Shown: positions 1 to 13,660, counted from the stretch's first letter. The stretch is 64,000 nt of DNA from Eledone cirrhosa (GCA_964016885.1 OZ024742.1:295616001-295680000); one strand, 5' to 3'. Translations and numbers: made by a program. The notes: generated from the sequence alone by a model not told the origin.

Positions 1-73
1 TTTAGAGCAGTGTTCAATTACTGGGTGCTTTTCCTGATGCCAACTATAATTTATTTTTCAGTATGGTACTTAC

Positions 74-141
74 TCCACTGATCTTCACCTGGAGGTGGCA
101 TGGGACCAGCTAGCTCGAAAGAGCAGAGGCCATTAATTCAA
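74..141 (-). other. Candidate spliced exon
   Basis: Minus strand donor GTAAGTA at 73-67; acceptors TTCTGTTTGACAG (exon starts 141) or CTCTTTCGAGCTAG (exon starts 109). Locally GC-richer; frame GPMPPPGEDQW. Confidence 0.3.
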
Positions 142-3100
142 CTGTCAAACAGAATCAGACACCACACTTACTTAACATTAATTATTCTTAGCTGATAATC
201 TAAAATTGCTTTGCTTTGTTATTTTACCTCATTATAACTTCAAATTTTCAAAATGAAAGGTTATCGCTCATCATTAATTAAGAATGATTTTTTTTAGTTT
301 CTTTCTAGCCTCTGATCAATTTTCTTTATTGTATAATTACTTTCTTAAGAGATGAAGAATGAATAGACAAGCGGAAGTGCTTAATATTGAGAATAAGATA
401 CTTTTGAAGGAAAATATAATAAATATAAGCATATTCCATTAATTTTCTGAATATAGAGAATGTTGTATCTTTATTCATCAGCAATTTCAAGACAATAATA
501 ACTCAGTATAAAATTCAGATAATTATTTACCAAATTTATTCCAACAAAGAAAAGAAATGAAATATTAATGGAAAGCTAAGTGGAAAGAAGATAATGATAA
601 ATTCTGAATTAGGCAAAAGGCTGGTAATTTTGAGGGGAGAGCAAAGTCATTGACTTTAACACTAGTACTTGACTGGTACTTTATTTTATCAACCTTGGAA
701 GGAGGAAAGGCAAAGCTGACCTTAGTGGGATTTGAACTCAGAACATAAAGAGCCAGAATAAATACTGCAAAACATTTTTTTTTGTGTATTAACAATTCTG
801 ACAATCATTATAAAAAAATCAATAGTCCTTTTTAACATTGGCAAAAAGCCAGCAATTTTGGGAAAGAGGAATCGATTATATCGACCCCAGTACTTAACTG
901 GTACATATTTGATCAACCATAGAAGGATGAAAGACAAAGTTATCATGGCAGGATTTGAACTCAGAACGTAAAGATAGGGAACATACTGCTAAGCAATTGA
1001 CCATCACTCTAATGAGTCAGCCAGTTCACTGCCCTCATTAAAAAATTAATGATAATGCTTTTGAAATTAACATGCAAGTGACTGAGCATTCCACATTAAT
1101 GTGTATGCATAATGTAGTACTTATGGAGATTCAACATGACATTGTGTAACAAGGCTATCTCTTTGAATTATAGGTACAACTCATTTTTTCCCAGCTGAGA
1201 ATGGACTGGAGCAATATGAAATAAAGTGTCTTGCTGAAGGACAAAACGCCCCACCAGGAAGCAAACTCATTACTAAGCAACATGCCTTCACCTCCAGCAA
1301 AAGAAGACGTAGGTGTCTTAAAATGTTCATATTATCTTAGAGATAACTTTACATATCATGAGAAAAATAATTTATAAGGAGTGTCAGTCTTTCACACCAT
1401 GAGTACAAGCAGCAGCAGCATGTCTCCTCTCTATTTTCAAGTATAGTACATATTCTACTGATCTTTGTTATTTGAACCAGTGAGTTGCAGGATATACAAA
1501 TGGCACCAATTGCTTAATCAGTGTCAATTTGAAGATGATCTCTTTCTCACACACACACAATTATTTTTATTTACTAAAGGTTACTCACAAGAGCAATGGT
1601 CAGCCTATGACTATAGTAGAAAATACTTGCCCCAGGAGGCATACCATGCAGTAGAATTGAACTCAAAACCACACAGCTGTGAAGCAAACTCTTTAACCAT
1701 ACATCCATGTCTTCATCTATTCATCACACATCCTAAATGCTGTGACAAAGATAGGAGTCATTACATCCATAGAAAAATGGAATAAGTTATTGAAATATTG
1801 TCATATGTTGATGAATACCACTTTTTAACCCATGGCATTCAAGATATTTGGATGAACTGTGCTTCTGACAACAACCATTTTATCAATATTGGTAACTTGT
1901 CTAACTGAAATATCAGATGATGTTTGAGATGATGTTTCATTGTTCCTGTGCTTCAGCCTAGCTATCACCTGTGGTAATACTGAGTGTGTGTGTGTGTGTG
2001 TGTGTGTGTGTCTGTGTCTCTGTGTGTGTGTGTGTGTGTGTGTGTCATATCTTTTTTTCTGATGTATTTTTATCGTTATTATTCATTAGTGGTTTGGCAG
2101 AATCGCCAGAGTGTCCAACAAAATGTATTGCAGCATTTGTTCAACCTTTTTACACTCTGAGTTCAAATCCTGCTATGTTAACCTTGCCATTCACTCTCTG
2201 GGGTGGGCTGATAAAGAAAAGTATTAGTCAAGTTGAATTGATATAATTGACTCTCCACACCCCCAAATTACTGGTTTTGTCCTTAAACTAGAAACTATTA
2301 TTCCATTCATGTTGATTGTATGTGTATTTATTTCTATGAAATAAATAATTTGGAGGGTGGAGTGGGTAGCTTTAACAATTCATTTATAGGGTAGAAGAAT
2401 AAGATGTGGAATAAATATTATGTAATATTCTGAAAATATATTGAGGTGCAGATGAAAAGCAGTTGAATGGGTGTTGACTGTAGACAATGGAACTGATTTA
2501 TTGGGTGTTTCTATGAGGTCCTCATATAATGTAATGTACAGAGAGAAATCAGGTAAACCATATATTTATTTAATCACACTCAATTGTAAATTTTAGAACT
2601 ATAATTATGAAAGACAGATGATAATACCCCGATCATAAATCTGGCATATATGAACCAATCAAATCAGCATTTTATTGATGAGAACTGATAGATTATGGTT
2701 CAAAAATCAATTGAAACAATGATGTTAGAACTGTATTCTAATACATTTATTGCAGTACATTGAAATGTAAGTTTTAGGGCCGCACTTATAAAAGAAAGTA
2801 GATAAAACCCTGATCATAAACATGGGGTATTAAGGATATTAAATCATTCAAATCAGCATTTTACTGGTGAGAACTGATAGATTATGGTTTAAAAATCAAT
2901 CAGAACAATGATATTAGAACTCTGCTTACTCTGTCTCATCTATATAACTAAGCAATATAAACAGAGCCATAAAGGGTAACTGAATATTGTAATAGATGCT
3001 TTATTTCAAAAGTTACCTTCATAAATATTTATACATTTTGGCAGTTTAGTGTGGTGCCATTATTTTCTTTTATTCAACATTTTTCCTGAGAAGCAGTTTC

Positions 3101-4667
3101 TCATGTCTGAAGGCAGTAAACTTCTACTTTATAGTTTGGGTTTTGTGTGTATTTATTCAACAATCACCTAAGAAGCACTGGAATAAATGTCTTTCAAACC
3201 TGGATATAGCAATAACTTATATATAATACATTATGCATATATAATGCAGCATAATATATCATATACATATATGATAGTGTCTAATATATCATATATAGTA
3301 TATACAATATATATATATTTGTTGTATAATATCTCATATAATATATCATATATAATATAGATTAACATATATGATATATACAATATATATAAGAATGTAT
3401 TGTATGAACTAAGACCTCTGTTGAAATGTCAATGGTTAAGAAGGTTTTTCTGTTGTGGTTTGAATTTTAATTTCATTTAATTGTATAATTGTATTATGTG
3501 GTACATTTAAGCTAGTTATGGTATTTTGTATTGTGTTGAAGGAAATAATATGTATATAGTATTATGTCTCTAATACTGTTAATAGGTCGCTGGTACAAAG
3601 GTCTTTTTTCATCGATAGGATTAAGTATTTACTAAGTACAGGATATATGGCACTAATTTATTAGGTAAGAACAACTTGACTTAATCAAATATTGAAATTT
3701 TAATTTTGATTATATATAAGTGGCTAATTGTATTCTGTGTGGTGGGTTTTGGTCTAGTTTAGGTGTGTTGTATTTATTTGTTGGGTAGGGATGTGTAAGG
3801 AAAAATTATATATATTGTATCATGTTGCTTATACTTGGTGGACTAAGATTCCCATTGAAAGGACCCTTGTATGAAAGTTTGTTTTTGTTGTGGTTTTAAT
3901 TTCATTTAACTGGGAAATTGTATTTTGGGCAGTCATTAAGTCTCAGGATCAATCCCAGTGTGGTGTCTTGAGTTTGTGTCATTCACCATAGCTTCAAGTT
4001 AACCCATGCCTTGTGAGTATAATTGTGTAGACAGAAACTGTTTCAAAGCCCATAAGATTGATTCTATCTGTAATTTAAAGGGCCTTGACACACTATGTCA
4101 TGCTGAATCTTTTTGAGAATTGTGTTAAGGGTACATATAATTGTGGAATGCTTAGCCACTTACACATTAATTTCATGAGCAGGCTGCTACACTGATGAAA
4201 CAACTGGAACACTCACCATTGAAACTGATGGAGCACCACTATCAATAAGTTTATAAGCTAGTTCATTGCACGGATCTGCTGGAAGAGTAATATAAAAATA
4301 TACAGAAACTTCATTGTTTCCAATACCCTCCAAAACCATATTTTTCATGAATGGATTCCTTACCAAAGAGATATTGCTTCCATTCCTAACATTTAGGCAT
4401 TTATATACTACTATAAATATGGGACCATTTCTGCATCATATTAAATATCTCAGTTTGTTAAGAATGGTAACAATATATGTGTATTATATTTTGAAAGAAG
4501 TCCAACAAAATACTAGAATACATGCGCACGCGCACACACACACACACATATATATGTATATAAAATGAAATAAATAGAATGAATTCTGTTGCCTAGGCAA
4601 TATGATAGCCTTGAGTGTGAATTCATTGCTTATCACATAGAAAAATATGGTTTTATTGATTATTGGC

Positions 4668-4995
4668 ACAGGCATAGCTATGTGGTTAAGGAATTTGTTT
4701 CACAACCACATGGTTTCTGGTTCAGTCTCCATGCATGTCATTTTGGACATCTTCTGCTTTAGCTATGGATTGACTACTGCCTTGTGTATGTTTGTGTGTG
4801 TCTGTGTGTCTCAGTCCATGTTTATGCTTGTGTTTATGTCTTTGCTTATATCCCATAACTTAGTGGTTTGATAAAAAAAAAGAGATCAATAAAATAAGTA
4901 CCAGACTTGATAAAAAACAATCACTGTGGTCAATATAATTGACTAAATCAAGGAGGTGCGCAGTATGGCTGCAGTTAAATGACTGAGACCAGTAA
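4668..4995 (+). mobile_element. tRNA-derived SINE family C; representative copy
   Basis: GGCATAGCTATGTGGTTAAG..GGTTCAGTC head. Related degenerate copies near 1590-1710(-), 10645-10800, 17760-17912, 29325-29460, 45110-45262(-), 49130-49280(-) and 51070-51170. Confidence 0.6.
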
Positions 4996-5227
4996 ATAAA
5001 CAAAGGAGTATATGAAATACAGTTACGTAGGTAATATGATAGATGTGAATTCATTGCTATCACACTCACATAAAAAAGAATATGGCTCTATTGATTATGA
5101 GGAGAGTTAGTTAAACAATAAGTATCAACATCTTGTAATGATACCTAAAACCAAGTTTATTAATTCAAATTTTTATAGTGTCTTTACTAGTGGTCAGATT
5201 GTCGTAAAATATTTTCCAATGTGGATG

Positions 5228-5453
5228 TATGGTATATGTGTGTGAGTCGTGTGTATGTATGTGTGTGTGTGAGTGGTGTGTGTGTGTGTGTGTGTGAGTG
5301 GTGTGTATGTGTGTGAGTGGTGTATGTGTGAGTGTATATGTGTGTATGTATGTATGTGTGAGTGGTGTGTGTGTGAGAGTGGTGTGTGTGTGAGAGTGGT
5401 TTGTGTGTGTGTGCGTGAGTGGTTTGAGTGTGTGCATGTGCGTGAGTGGTGTA

Positions 5454-5494
<41 letters not shown>

Positions 5495-5527
5495 ATGTTT
5501 GTGTGTGTTTGTGTGTGTGTGTGTGTA
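5228..5527. repeat. Compound (GT)n/GAGTGGT microsatellite
   Basis: Read directly; source of the HT/CV pseudo-ORFs. Confidence 0.95.
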
Positions 5528-5904
5528 CATACCATACCATATTTCTAATGAGAAGCTGTCTACATTTGCAAATAATTTTGAAAATAACCAAGAATTTGGA
5601 GGGATTTAGTAATAACTTTCTCATTATTAAGCTAATGTATGAATTTAACTAAGGTTCTTACATACAATTAGGATGGAAGGCTTTTTTTAGATAAACACTT
5701 GAAAATATAGAATTAAGGGCAGTAATAGGTAGTTTGGTATCAAAATAGTTAAGCTTGTGATAGGTGTATAGCTTAATAAAGGTTCTTTAAAAGAAACAAT
5801 TACATAAGGAACCTGGTGTGGTGTCAGATGTTTTGGTATCAAAAGGGTTAATAGTGTAAAACAACATTACATCAAACCAATATCATTCTCTAATGTGAGT
5901 GTAA

Positions 5905-6248
5905 ATAGGGTATAGACTCCCTTCCGTCGTGAATGACCATGGGATTTGCACCTAGAAAGTTGCCCTTCGAGGCACAAGTCTGAGCAAAGTTGTTTGTGGA
6001 AAGCCAGCAGTCGCCCATGCATACCATCTTTTTCTCACCATGCCACTGATATTGTCCAAGGGAAAGGCAAAGGCCATTACAGCTTGGCACCAGTGATGTG
6101 GCAATTCATTTCTAAAGTTGAGTGAACAGGAGCAACGTGACATAAAGGGTCTTGTTCAAGAACACAATGCAAAGCCTGGTCCAAGAATCGAACTCACAAC
6201 CGCACAATTGTAAGCCCAATGCTCTAACCACTAAGCCATGTGCCTTCA
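5905..6248 (-). mobile_element. SINE family B with a different 3' module
   Basis: Head and core as in 12755-12897 (6105-6248); unrelated 3' part at 5905-6100. Confidence 0.75.
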
Positions 6249-6293
6249 GAATGTGGGTGTATGGCTATAAATATAACATTAATATATCTTTTA

Positions 6294-7210
6294 CTAGCAG
6301 TGGTACCTGGCGTTGCATGGGATAAGGTATTTTGGAACGCGGGCTGCCAACAGACCTAATCGTGGAAAAACTGCATCCCTGGACAATATGTAAAGAAAAT
6401 AAACCGAATACTCTGATGGCTGGATAATCTTTAAGATTTTCCTCGATGATGCAGGAAAAATGCAGGTTTTCACCTAATGCGGGCCCTAGGGGATCAAGAA
6501 AAACGAATTTTTTTTATGTGCATAATATGCCTTGAAATTTCGGGAAAATTAGCTAGACATAACGCCTCCTAAAAGCCCTAAGCAGCTGAAAAAATGAAGT
6601 TTTTCACCTAATGCGGGTCCTAGGCCATAAGAAAGTTGGATTTCCTTTGCTCACGGTATGAAGAAGAGACTAACTAATACATAGTTACAATTTCAAGGAA
6701 ATCGGTCCGACATAACGCCTCAAAAAACCCCTAAAAATCTTTAAAAACGCAGTTTTTCACCTAATGCGGGCCCTAGGAGATAAAAAAAAAGTTGAATTTT
6801 TTTATGTGCATAACACTCCCTGAAACATGAGTAATACACATGTAAAGTTTGAAAAAAAGCGGTTGGGTACTTCTCGAGTTTTAGGGATTAAAACTCACAG
6901 ACAGACAGACATCCTCAGGGAAGTGACGTAATGCAGACAGTCAGACATACAGACATATAGTATAAGGGCGCGACGTTATATGTATGTATCTATCTAAAAA
7001 GAGAAAGACTAAGAATTATAGAGAGAGATCGCTAAATCGCCTAATGTGGTCCCTAGGGCATTGACAATTTGAAATTCTTTTTGCTTAGAACACTCCCTGA
7101 AACATAAGTATTACATGTGTAAAGTTTGAAAACAGTCGGTTGGGTGGTTCTCGAGTTTTAGGGATTCGAACTCACACACAGACAGACATCCTCAGTTATA
7201 TATATATAGA
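6294..7210 (-). mobile_element. Non-autonomous Helitron with internal subrepeats
   Basis: On the minus strand: A|TCTATATAT..GAGGATGTCTGTCTG 5' end and CCCATGCAACGCCAGGT..GCTAG|T 3' end. The repeat CCTAATG(C/T)GG..CCTAGG occurs near 6470, 6605, 6760 and 7040. Confidence 0.75.
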
Positions 7211-7974
7211 TAATAAACCACATTAATTTTAAAAGTTGCTGATGGTACATCATAATCAATGAAATACCAAAAATATTGCTTTTAGTTTTCAAAGCATTTA
7301 TGTATATATTTGATGAAAATAATAATTCCTTTGGAATCAATATTCAATGATATTGAATTGTAAATAAAAAGAATACTATGAAAAAAAACTATGAGAAGTT
7401 TTATTGGAGCTAATTTCGTTTTCCTATGTGAAGCTATTTAACCTTCACCTCAATGATGATGATGATACTAATGAGTCATCATCATCCTCACCACCCCCAC
7501 CATCATCATCATTATCGTCATCGTCACGGATGGAGGATGTCTGTTGGGATCAAGCAAAGCTTGGCCTGGCCCAAGTGAGACTGGTGGACAGAAACACATG
7601 GAGCAGGATGCTAAGGAGTGCTGTTAAGCAGGACCCACCCCTACTTAAGGATTAATTGTGTCCTGCATAATCAAAAACTGGATGATGATGACATGTATAT
7701 ATCGGTGCCTGCATAAACCATAGTCTCACAACTCAGTGGTTTGATGTGCAAAGTTACTTACTCATATAAGATATACAGGTTAGCTTTACTATCACGAATT
7801 GTCTTGTCCAGTCCATGCTAGCATAGAAAAATGCACATAAAAACTACAAAGATTATGATAAGTCATTCAGTAAAATCTTTGCAAATAACCAACTAAATAC
7901 ATTTGAGTATTTTAATCATTTATGATCCATTATGTTCCAAGATATTCGAACCAAAATTAAACCTTGGAACTCTA

Positions 7975-8225
7975 GGCCAACCCCATGGATGTTATCCAAT
8001 CATCTTGCTTAGGGCCTACCCCTGGTTCTCCTGTTGGTTGGTTTTGCCCATAAAATCTTTCCAGTGATTTTTTCCTAGTATTGGAGTTTTGACCTCTCAG
8101 TTCAGCTGGTCGCGCTTGGGGATCCAGCCGGATAAGCTGGAGATGGTTGCTTCTGACAGGACCCACTGGAAGGAGTGTTTGAGGACTCTGCCTCCATGAC
8201 CCTCTTAAGAAGAAGAAACAGAAGA
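7975..8225 (+). mobile_element. 3' end of a second RTE-type (Rex3/Expander-like) LINE
   Basis: 8110-8225 matches 55540-55660 (gggatccagcc..gatggttgcttctgacaggacc..gaaggagtgtttgaggactctg) and ends in a (GAA)n tail. Confidence 0.6.
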
Positions 8226-8266
8226 ACTCTCAGCCACAGTTAATAGGTTAGTTTCCCATGTATGAA

Positions 8267-8517
8267 TCCTTTTGATACAAAACTGTCTGAAATTAACTCT
8301 GGTTCTGCAGTACAAAACTTTATTTTAAAATGATTATATCTATATAAAAACCTGCCATCATCATTTTATCTAAGAACTTTTGTTAAATTATATTTCAAAC
8401 ATCACCTTGACAATGATAAAGTTACTTTCATTAAATCTCTCCAAATTCTTGAATGGTTTCAAATTTATTTGAAAGTCGTAGGCAATGTTTTACATTAGAA
8501 ATACAGTAATGAAAGGG
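8267..8517 (-). mobile_element. piggyBac-like MITE family 2
   Basis: tCCTTTTGATAC ... GTAATGAAAGGG|TTAA; the body is the reverse complement of 46212-46438. Confidence 0.7.
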
Positions 8518-8719
8518 TTAAATCTAAGGTTCAAGGTTCAAGTTTCTGATTTTCCTAGTGAATATTTGTTGGCAATCTATCTCAACAGGTAATGAAATAA
8601 ACTAGTTCCACTCTATTGCAGAAGCCAAAACTAAATTGTATTAAAATATATCTGAAATTATTAGCAGATGAACTTTGATCAAAACAAGGGCAACAAGGAC
8701 AATACTGACAACAATAGGA

Positions 8720-9265
8720 ACAACAAAAAGCAACAACAGCTATAGCAACTACCATCGGTACCCGAACCACCACCACCACCACCACCACCACCACCACCAC
8801 AACAATGACAAGCACTATCAGTAATACTATCACTGCAAGCACAACCACCACCACCACTACAACAACAACAACAACAACAACCACCTAATCACAGTCATCA
8901 CAAACACCACCAACATCATCAAACTCACAACAGAAACAGTAACAATAACATCAAGTGTAGCCATTGCTACCACTGCCACAGCTGCCACCACAGCAACAAT
9001 AACAACAAGCACCATAATCACCACCAACAACAACATCACCACCACCATCCCCATCAACCCTACAACAACAGAAACAATAACAGCAGATGTGGCCATTGCT
9101 ATCACTGCCACCACAGCAACAATAACAACAAGCACCACAACCACCACCAACAATCACCTAATCACAGTCACTACTAACACCATCAACATCATCACTCCAC
9201 AACAACAATAACAATTACATTAGCTGTGGCCAATGGTACCACTACCACAGCAACAACAACAACAC
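8720..9265. repeat. (CAC/AAC)n trinucleotide low-complexity tract with higher-order duplications
   Basis: CACCTAATCACAGTCA at ~8882 and ~9155; CCACCACAGCAACAATAACAACAAGCACCA at ~8985 and ~9108. Confidence 0.9.
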
Positions 9266-11039
9266 AAAAATAAATATCAGTTAAAAGCTAGAAGTGTATA
9301 ATGTCTGTTGGCTGTATATTGGCTAAATCAATAGAAATATTTAAAAACCCTTTTGATACCAAACTGCCTGAAACAACCCCTTATTTTATCTTACAAAACT
9401 GTTTATTTTAAAGGATTTATTTTAAAGATGTAGTGGCTTGCTTTCTCAGCAGCCTCCAACAATTACCTCAAAAGGTAACCAAACAATGGAAAATAATCTT
9501 TATAGATTTATTATAACTACAACATAAATTGCTCTGAAATATATAATTTATACAATAGATATATAATAGTTCCATTCATTCCTCACATCACCTTTGTGTA
9601 ATTTATTAATATTTACATTAATAAAGCATCTAATTTTATGCAGTTATTTAAATTTTTTTTTATTAAATAGTTAATTCTATTAAATAATCATCATCATCAC
9701 CATTACCACCCCCTTGTCACCACCAATACCACCCACACAACTACAACTACTACTCCTATCATCATCATCATCACCATTATTATTACCATCATCATCATCA
9801 TCATCGTCATCATTACCATTATCGTCATCATCACCGTCATTATTACCATAATCATCATTACCATCATCACCATCATCATTACCACCATCACCAACATCTC
9901 TTTTTAATGAAATTGAAATTACAATTTAGAAAAAAATAAACATTTTCTAAAATATAAAAATTCCTTTGATAGTTAACTATCCAACAGAACCCAGTTTTCA
10001 TAAGATAAAACCACTTTTTCTTTTATTTTTAAACCAATTTAAACAAATTTTATTTTAGCTCCTACTTTTATATAAAATAGAGAATTTTTGTTTTGACAGA
10101 TTAATTGTCTAATTTCCTCTGGCTTCTACAACCTTTCATTTACTTTATATATTTATAAACCATAAAACTTTGGCTATTTTCAAAGTAGTAGTTGTTGGAA
10201 AGATTTAGTTTTGTTGTTGTTAATGTTTATAATTTGTTCATGGAAATTTAATTATGAACAAAAGGAGAATCAGATAAAATTACTGGAACATTTTTAATTG
10301 AAGTGGTTTCAATTTTCATTTTCAGGCAACCTTTTGTAAATAATGATTTCCTAATGAGATAGTCGTTAGGTGAAAGTGCTTAGTTATTGACCATATGGTC
10401 ATAATCATCATTAGCAACAGCATCCTCACCATTTTCACCACCACCACCTACACCACCATCATCAGCAGCAGCATCCTCACCATTTTCATGACCACCACTG
10501 CCCTCACCACTCCATTGTGTTTCTGTCCATTTTTCCATAAAACAAATGTTACCACTGCTTTTGTTATTAAATGGTGTTGCATGGAGACACATACGTATGC
10601 AAGCACACTACACACCAAAACACAAATAAAAGACACTTGTCCAAGATGCCTTGTAATCAAATTAGTTTGCTTTGTAACCCCATCGTTTCAGATTCAGTCC
10701 CACAGTATGGCACCATGGGCCAAGTGTCTTATACTATAACCTTATTTTGACAAATGCCTTGTGAGTGAAACTAGGTAGACAAAAACTCTGTTGAAGCCCA
10801 TCATATATATATATATGATACATGACTGAGACCTCTGGCATTACGCAGTAATACAGAAGACCCGACTTCCCACGGGTACAAGGCTGAAGCATATAGACAG
10901 TATGCCCCAACCCTCCTCCTACTGTAAAGTGGTCATGTAGGTGTCATGACTAAACAAACAGTGACAAGAGAAAGGAACAAGGAAAAAGCAAGTAAAAATG
11001 AGTAAAAACATGCACAAGTGTGTATTCAGTCAGCCATTT

Positions 11040-11085
<46 letters not shown>

Positions 11086-12560
11086 AAAGTTCTATTTAAA
11101 ATTGTTGGGATACAACAAGTAAATATTTTTATAACTGATATAAAGCACTCGACAAGATATTTCTCCACGTTTTTTTCTTTCTCTCCATCTTTTTCTTTCT
11201 CTCCATCATTTTCTTTCTTTCCGTCTTTTTCTAATTGTCCTTAACACTATGACTTATTAAAGTAATATAAACAAATCACTATCCGGATGGCTTCCAAAAA
11301 CAATGGTTGCATTTTAATAGGGTACGTCAAAGCTTATTTGTAAAACTGTTATATATTATATTTTGTCTGATGAAGGCATACCATAATTTAATTTGGTATC
11401 CCTGAAATATGTATAATGAAATAAATATGGTTTTATAAATATAGTTTCCATTTATTAATATTGTATATATATATATATATATATATATAGTCAAAAGTAG
11501 AAGATATATGTATATATATAGAGAGAAAGAAACACATATTCAGAGAAGACACAATATATTGCACATATACTAAATACATATTACAGAGAAGAACATGTAT
11601 TCAAGATGGAATCAAAAGTGACCCTATGGCGCCATTTCGTTAACTGTAAACTGTGATTTAAAATTGATCTATGTGAACGGTTATCGATCACGAACTATCG
11701 ATTAAGATTAAACCACAGCAGACTCAGAACACTTGTCAGGGGTATAGTCTTTAGCATTCTAATGGAAAAATAGAAGCAAAAAAAAGTAGTATATAGAGCA
11801 ATATACTTACAGATATCTGGAGAGAAGTTGGACACAACACACCATATTGAAAACCACATGGAAAACACATGGTACAACTACGACGATGATGTGTGTGCGT
11901 GTGTGTGTTTATATTTATTCTTTAATTGTGTCCTGTAACTTTGCAGTTCGACAATAATAGATAAAATAACCAGCAGACTTGTAAAAATAATTACTGGAGA
12001 TTAAAATGATCCCCTAAAAAACCATTAAAAGCAATGCTTTAGAATGACTGCAGTCTAATGACTGAAACCAGTAAAAGAATACAAATATCATTTAAATTTT
12101 CTTGCTAGAAGAATGAAGAACTTCCTAAGATTTCTAACTATTAATTAGATGGATTTTGATAAGATGTTAATTTAATTAAATTAGTAAAATTTATTTTAAC
12201 ATAGCTATATGTTGAAATAAATTCTTTAACAAAATCACCTTATCTATTTCAACATACAATAAGGAAAGAATTTGTCCTACATTTGATAAGAGTAATTTTC
12301 AATTTAATTCAGAGTAATTTGGTTCATTGCCGGTAATACACTGTGTGCGCAATTTATTGATACACAGCAGAAAATCTATCTAGCAACAGCATGCTTGAAG
12401 TGACTGCATACGAAACTGATAAACCAGTTTGGTGTTAAGTCATTTGTTTTTATTAACTATGTGACAAAAGTAATGTACATGTATATAAGTGAGGAATAAT
12501 CATAAAGGCATATATATATATATATATGAATGTATGTATAGTATATTTGGTTATATACTG

Positions 12561-12897
12561 TATCATCATTTCATTTTACGTCCGCTTTTCCCTGCTTGCA
12601 AGGGTGGGACGGGAACTGATTCTGGCTTGATTTCTACAGCTGGATGCCCTTCCTAACACCAACCTCATTTACAGTGAGTGCTGGGTGCTTTTTTGCCATG
12701 GCAGCTCCACGACCACTTTACAGTGGAATGATAGGGACACCAGTCCCTATCATCTCATTTCTACAGCTGAGTAAACTGGAGCAATGTGAAATAAAGTGTC
12801 TTGCTCAAGGAAACAACACATCACCCGGTCTGAGAATTGAACTCACAACCTTTCGATTGCAAGGCCAATGCTCTAACCACTAAGCCATATGCCTCCA
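12561..12897 (-). mobile_element. tRNA-derived SINE family B with RTE-derived 3' tail
   Basis: Head GGAGGCATATGGCTTAGTGGTTAGAGC..GAGTTCAATTC, CORE-like TTGAGCAAGACACTT; the 3' part matches the RTE 3' UTR at 41770-41995. Confidence 0.8.
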
Positions 12898-13239
12898 TGT
12901 ATGTTTAATTAAAAACATTTTGAAGACCTTGTGCTATTATTTTAAAGTAGTGACTATGTCACTTACTTCTTTTTTATATATATATGTGTATGCGAAAAAT
13001 AAACGTAAAGCAGCACAGCAAAACAATACAAGGAAGATATATATTAGTATAACGCTTGATATTGTAAGAAAAGGATGTTAGTCCTTCATCAGAAGATAGA
13101 AGAAAGATTAGAAAGATAAAGGGGAGTGAGAAGAGGAAGAAATGGAAGATAAGTACGCATGGGATATATATATATCATCATATATGTATGTATATATGTG
13201 TGTGTATATATATATACATATGTATATGTATATATATAT

Positions 13240-13660
13240 ATGAAACATGAGCTATGACTGCAGAGGACATGTGTAGATTGGAGAGAAATGAAGCAACCAT
13301 GCTCTGTTGGATGTGCAATGTAAGTCTGAGAGAGAAAGGCAGAGCTTGGACACTTTGAGGGAGAAGCTGGGTTTAAGAGGAATCCGCGGTGGTGTTCAGG
13401 AGAGAAGACTTCTTTGGTATGGACATGTGATGTGCATTGACAAGGATTGTTAGGTGAAGAAGTGCCAGAAAATGCCTGTGGAAGGAAGCAGCAGTAGAGG
13501 AAGTCCAAGAAAAACCTGGGCAGTTGTCATGATAGCTGACCTCAAATCACTGAGACTCACAGAGGTGATGACAAAGGCTTGCGATGTGTGGAGAGGTATC
13601 ATGCTGAGAAGGACCTCTCCAATCTATGCAAGCATGGAAAAGTGGACGATTATGATGATA
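13240..13660 (+). mobile_element. Degenerate RTE 3' fragment
   Basis: Residual RLLWYGHV / GSPRKTW coding, ending catggaaaagtggacgattatgatgat. Confidence 0.75.

Noticed and set aside
3600-3780. Penelope GIY-YIG coding remnant
   Set aside because: Manual minus-strand translation gave no convincing motif.
5165-5652. His/Thr- and Cys/Val-rich ORFs (also 26554-27310, 33072-33493, 42764-43121, 43531-43858)
   Set aside because: Translations of (CA)/(GT)/(TATG) microsatellites, open in many frames.
8582-9897. Poly-Val/Met 'membrane' ORFs (also 10380-10660, 21474-21852)
   Set aside because: Trinucleotide low-complexity DNA with no splice or homology support.
12820-12897. tRNA genes (also 29018-29105 and 45500-45575)
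   Set aside because: A/B boxes are present, but there is no full cloverleaf and each continues into a SINE body.
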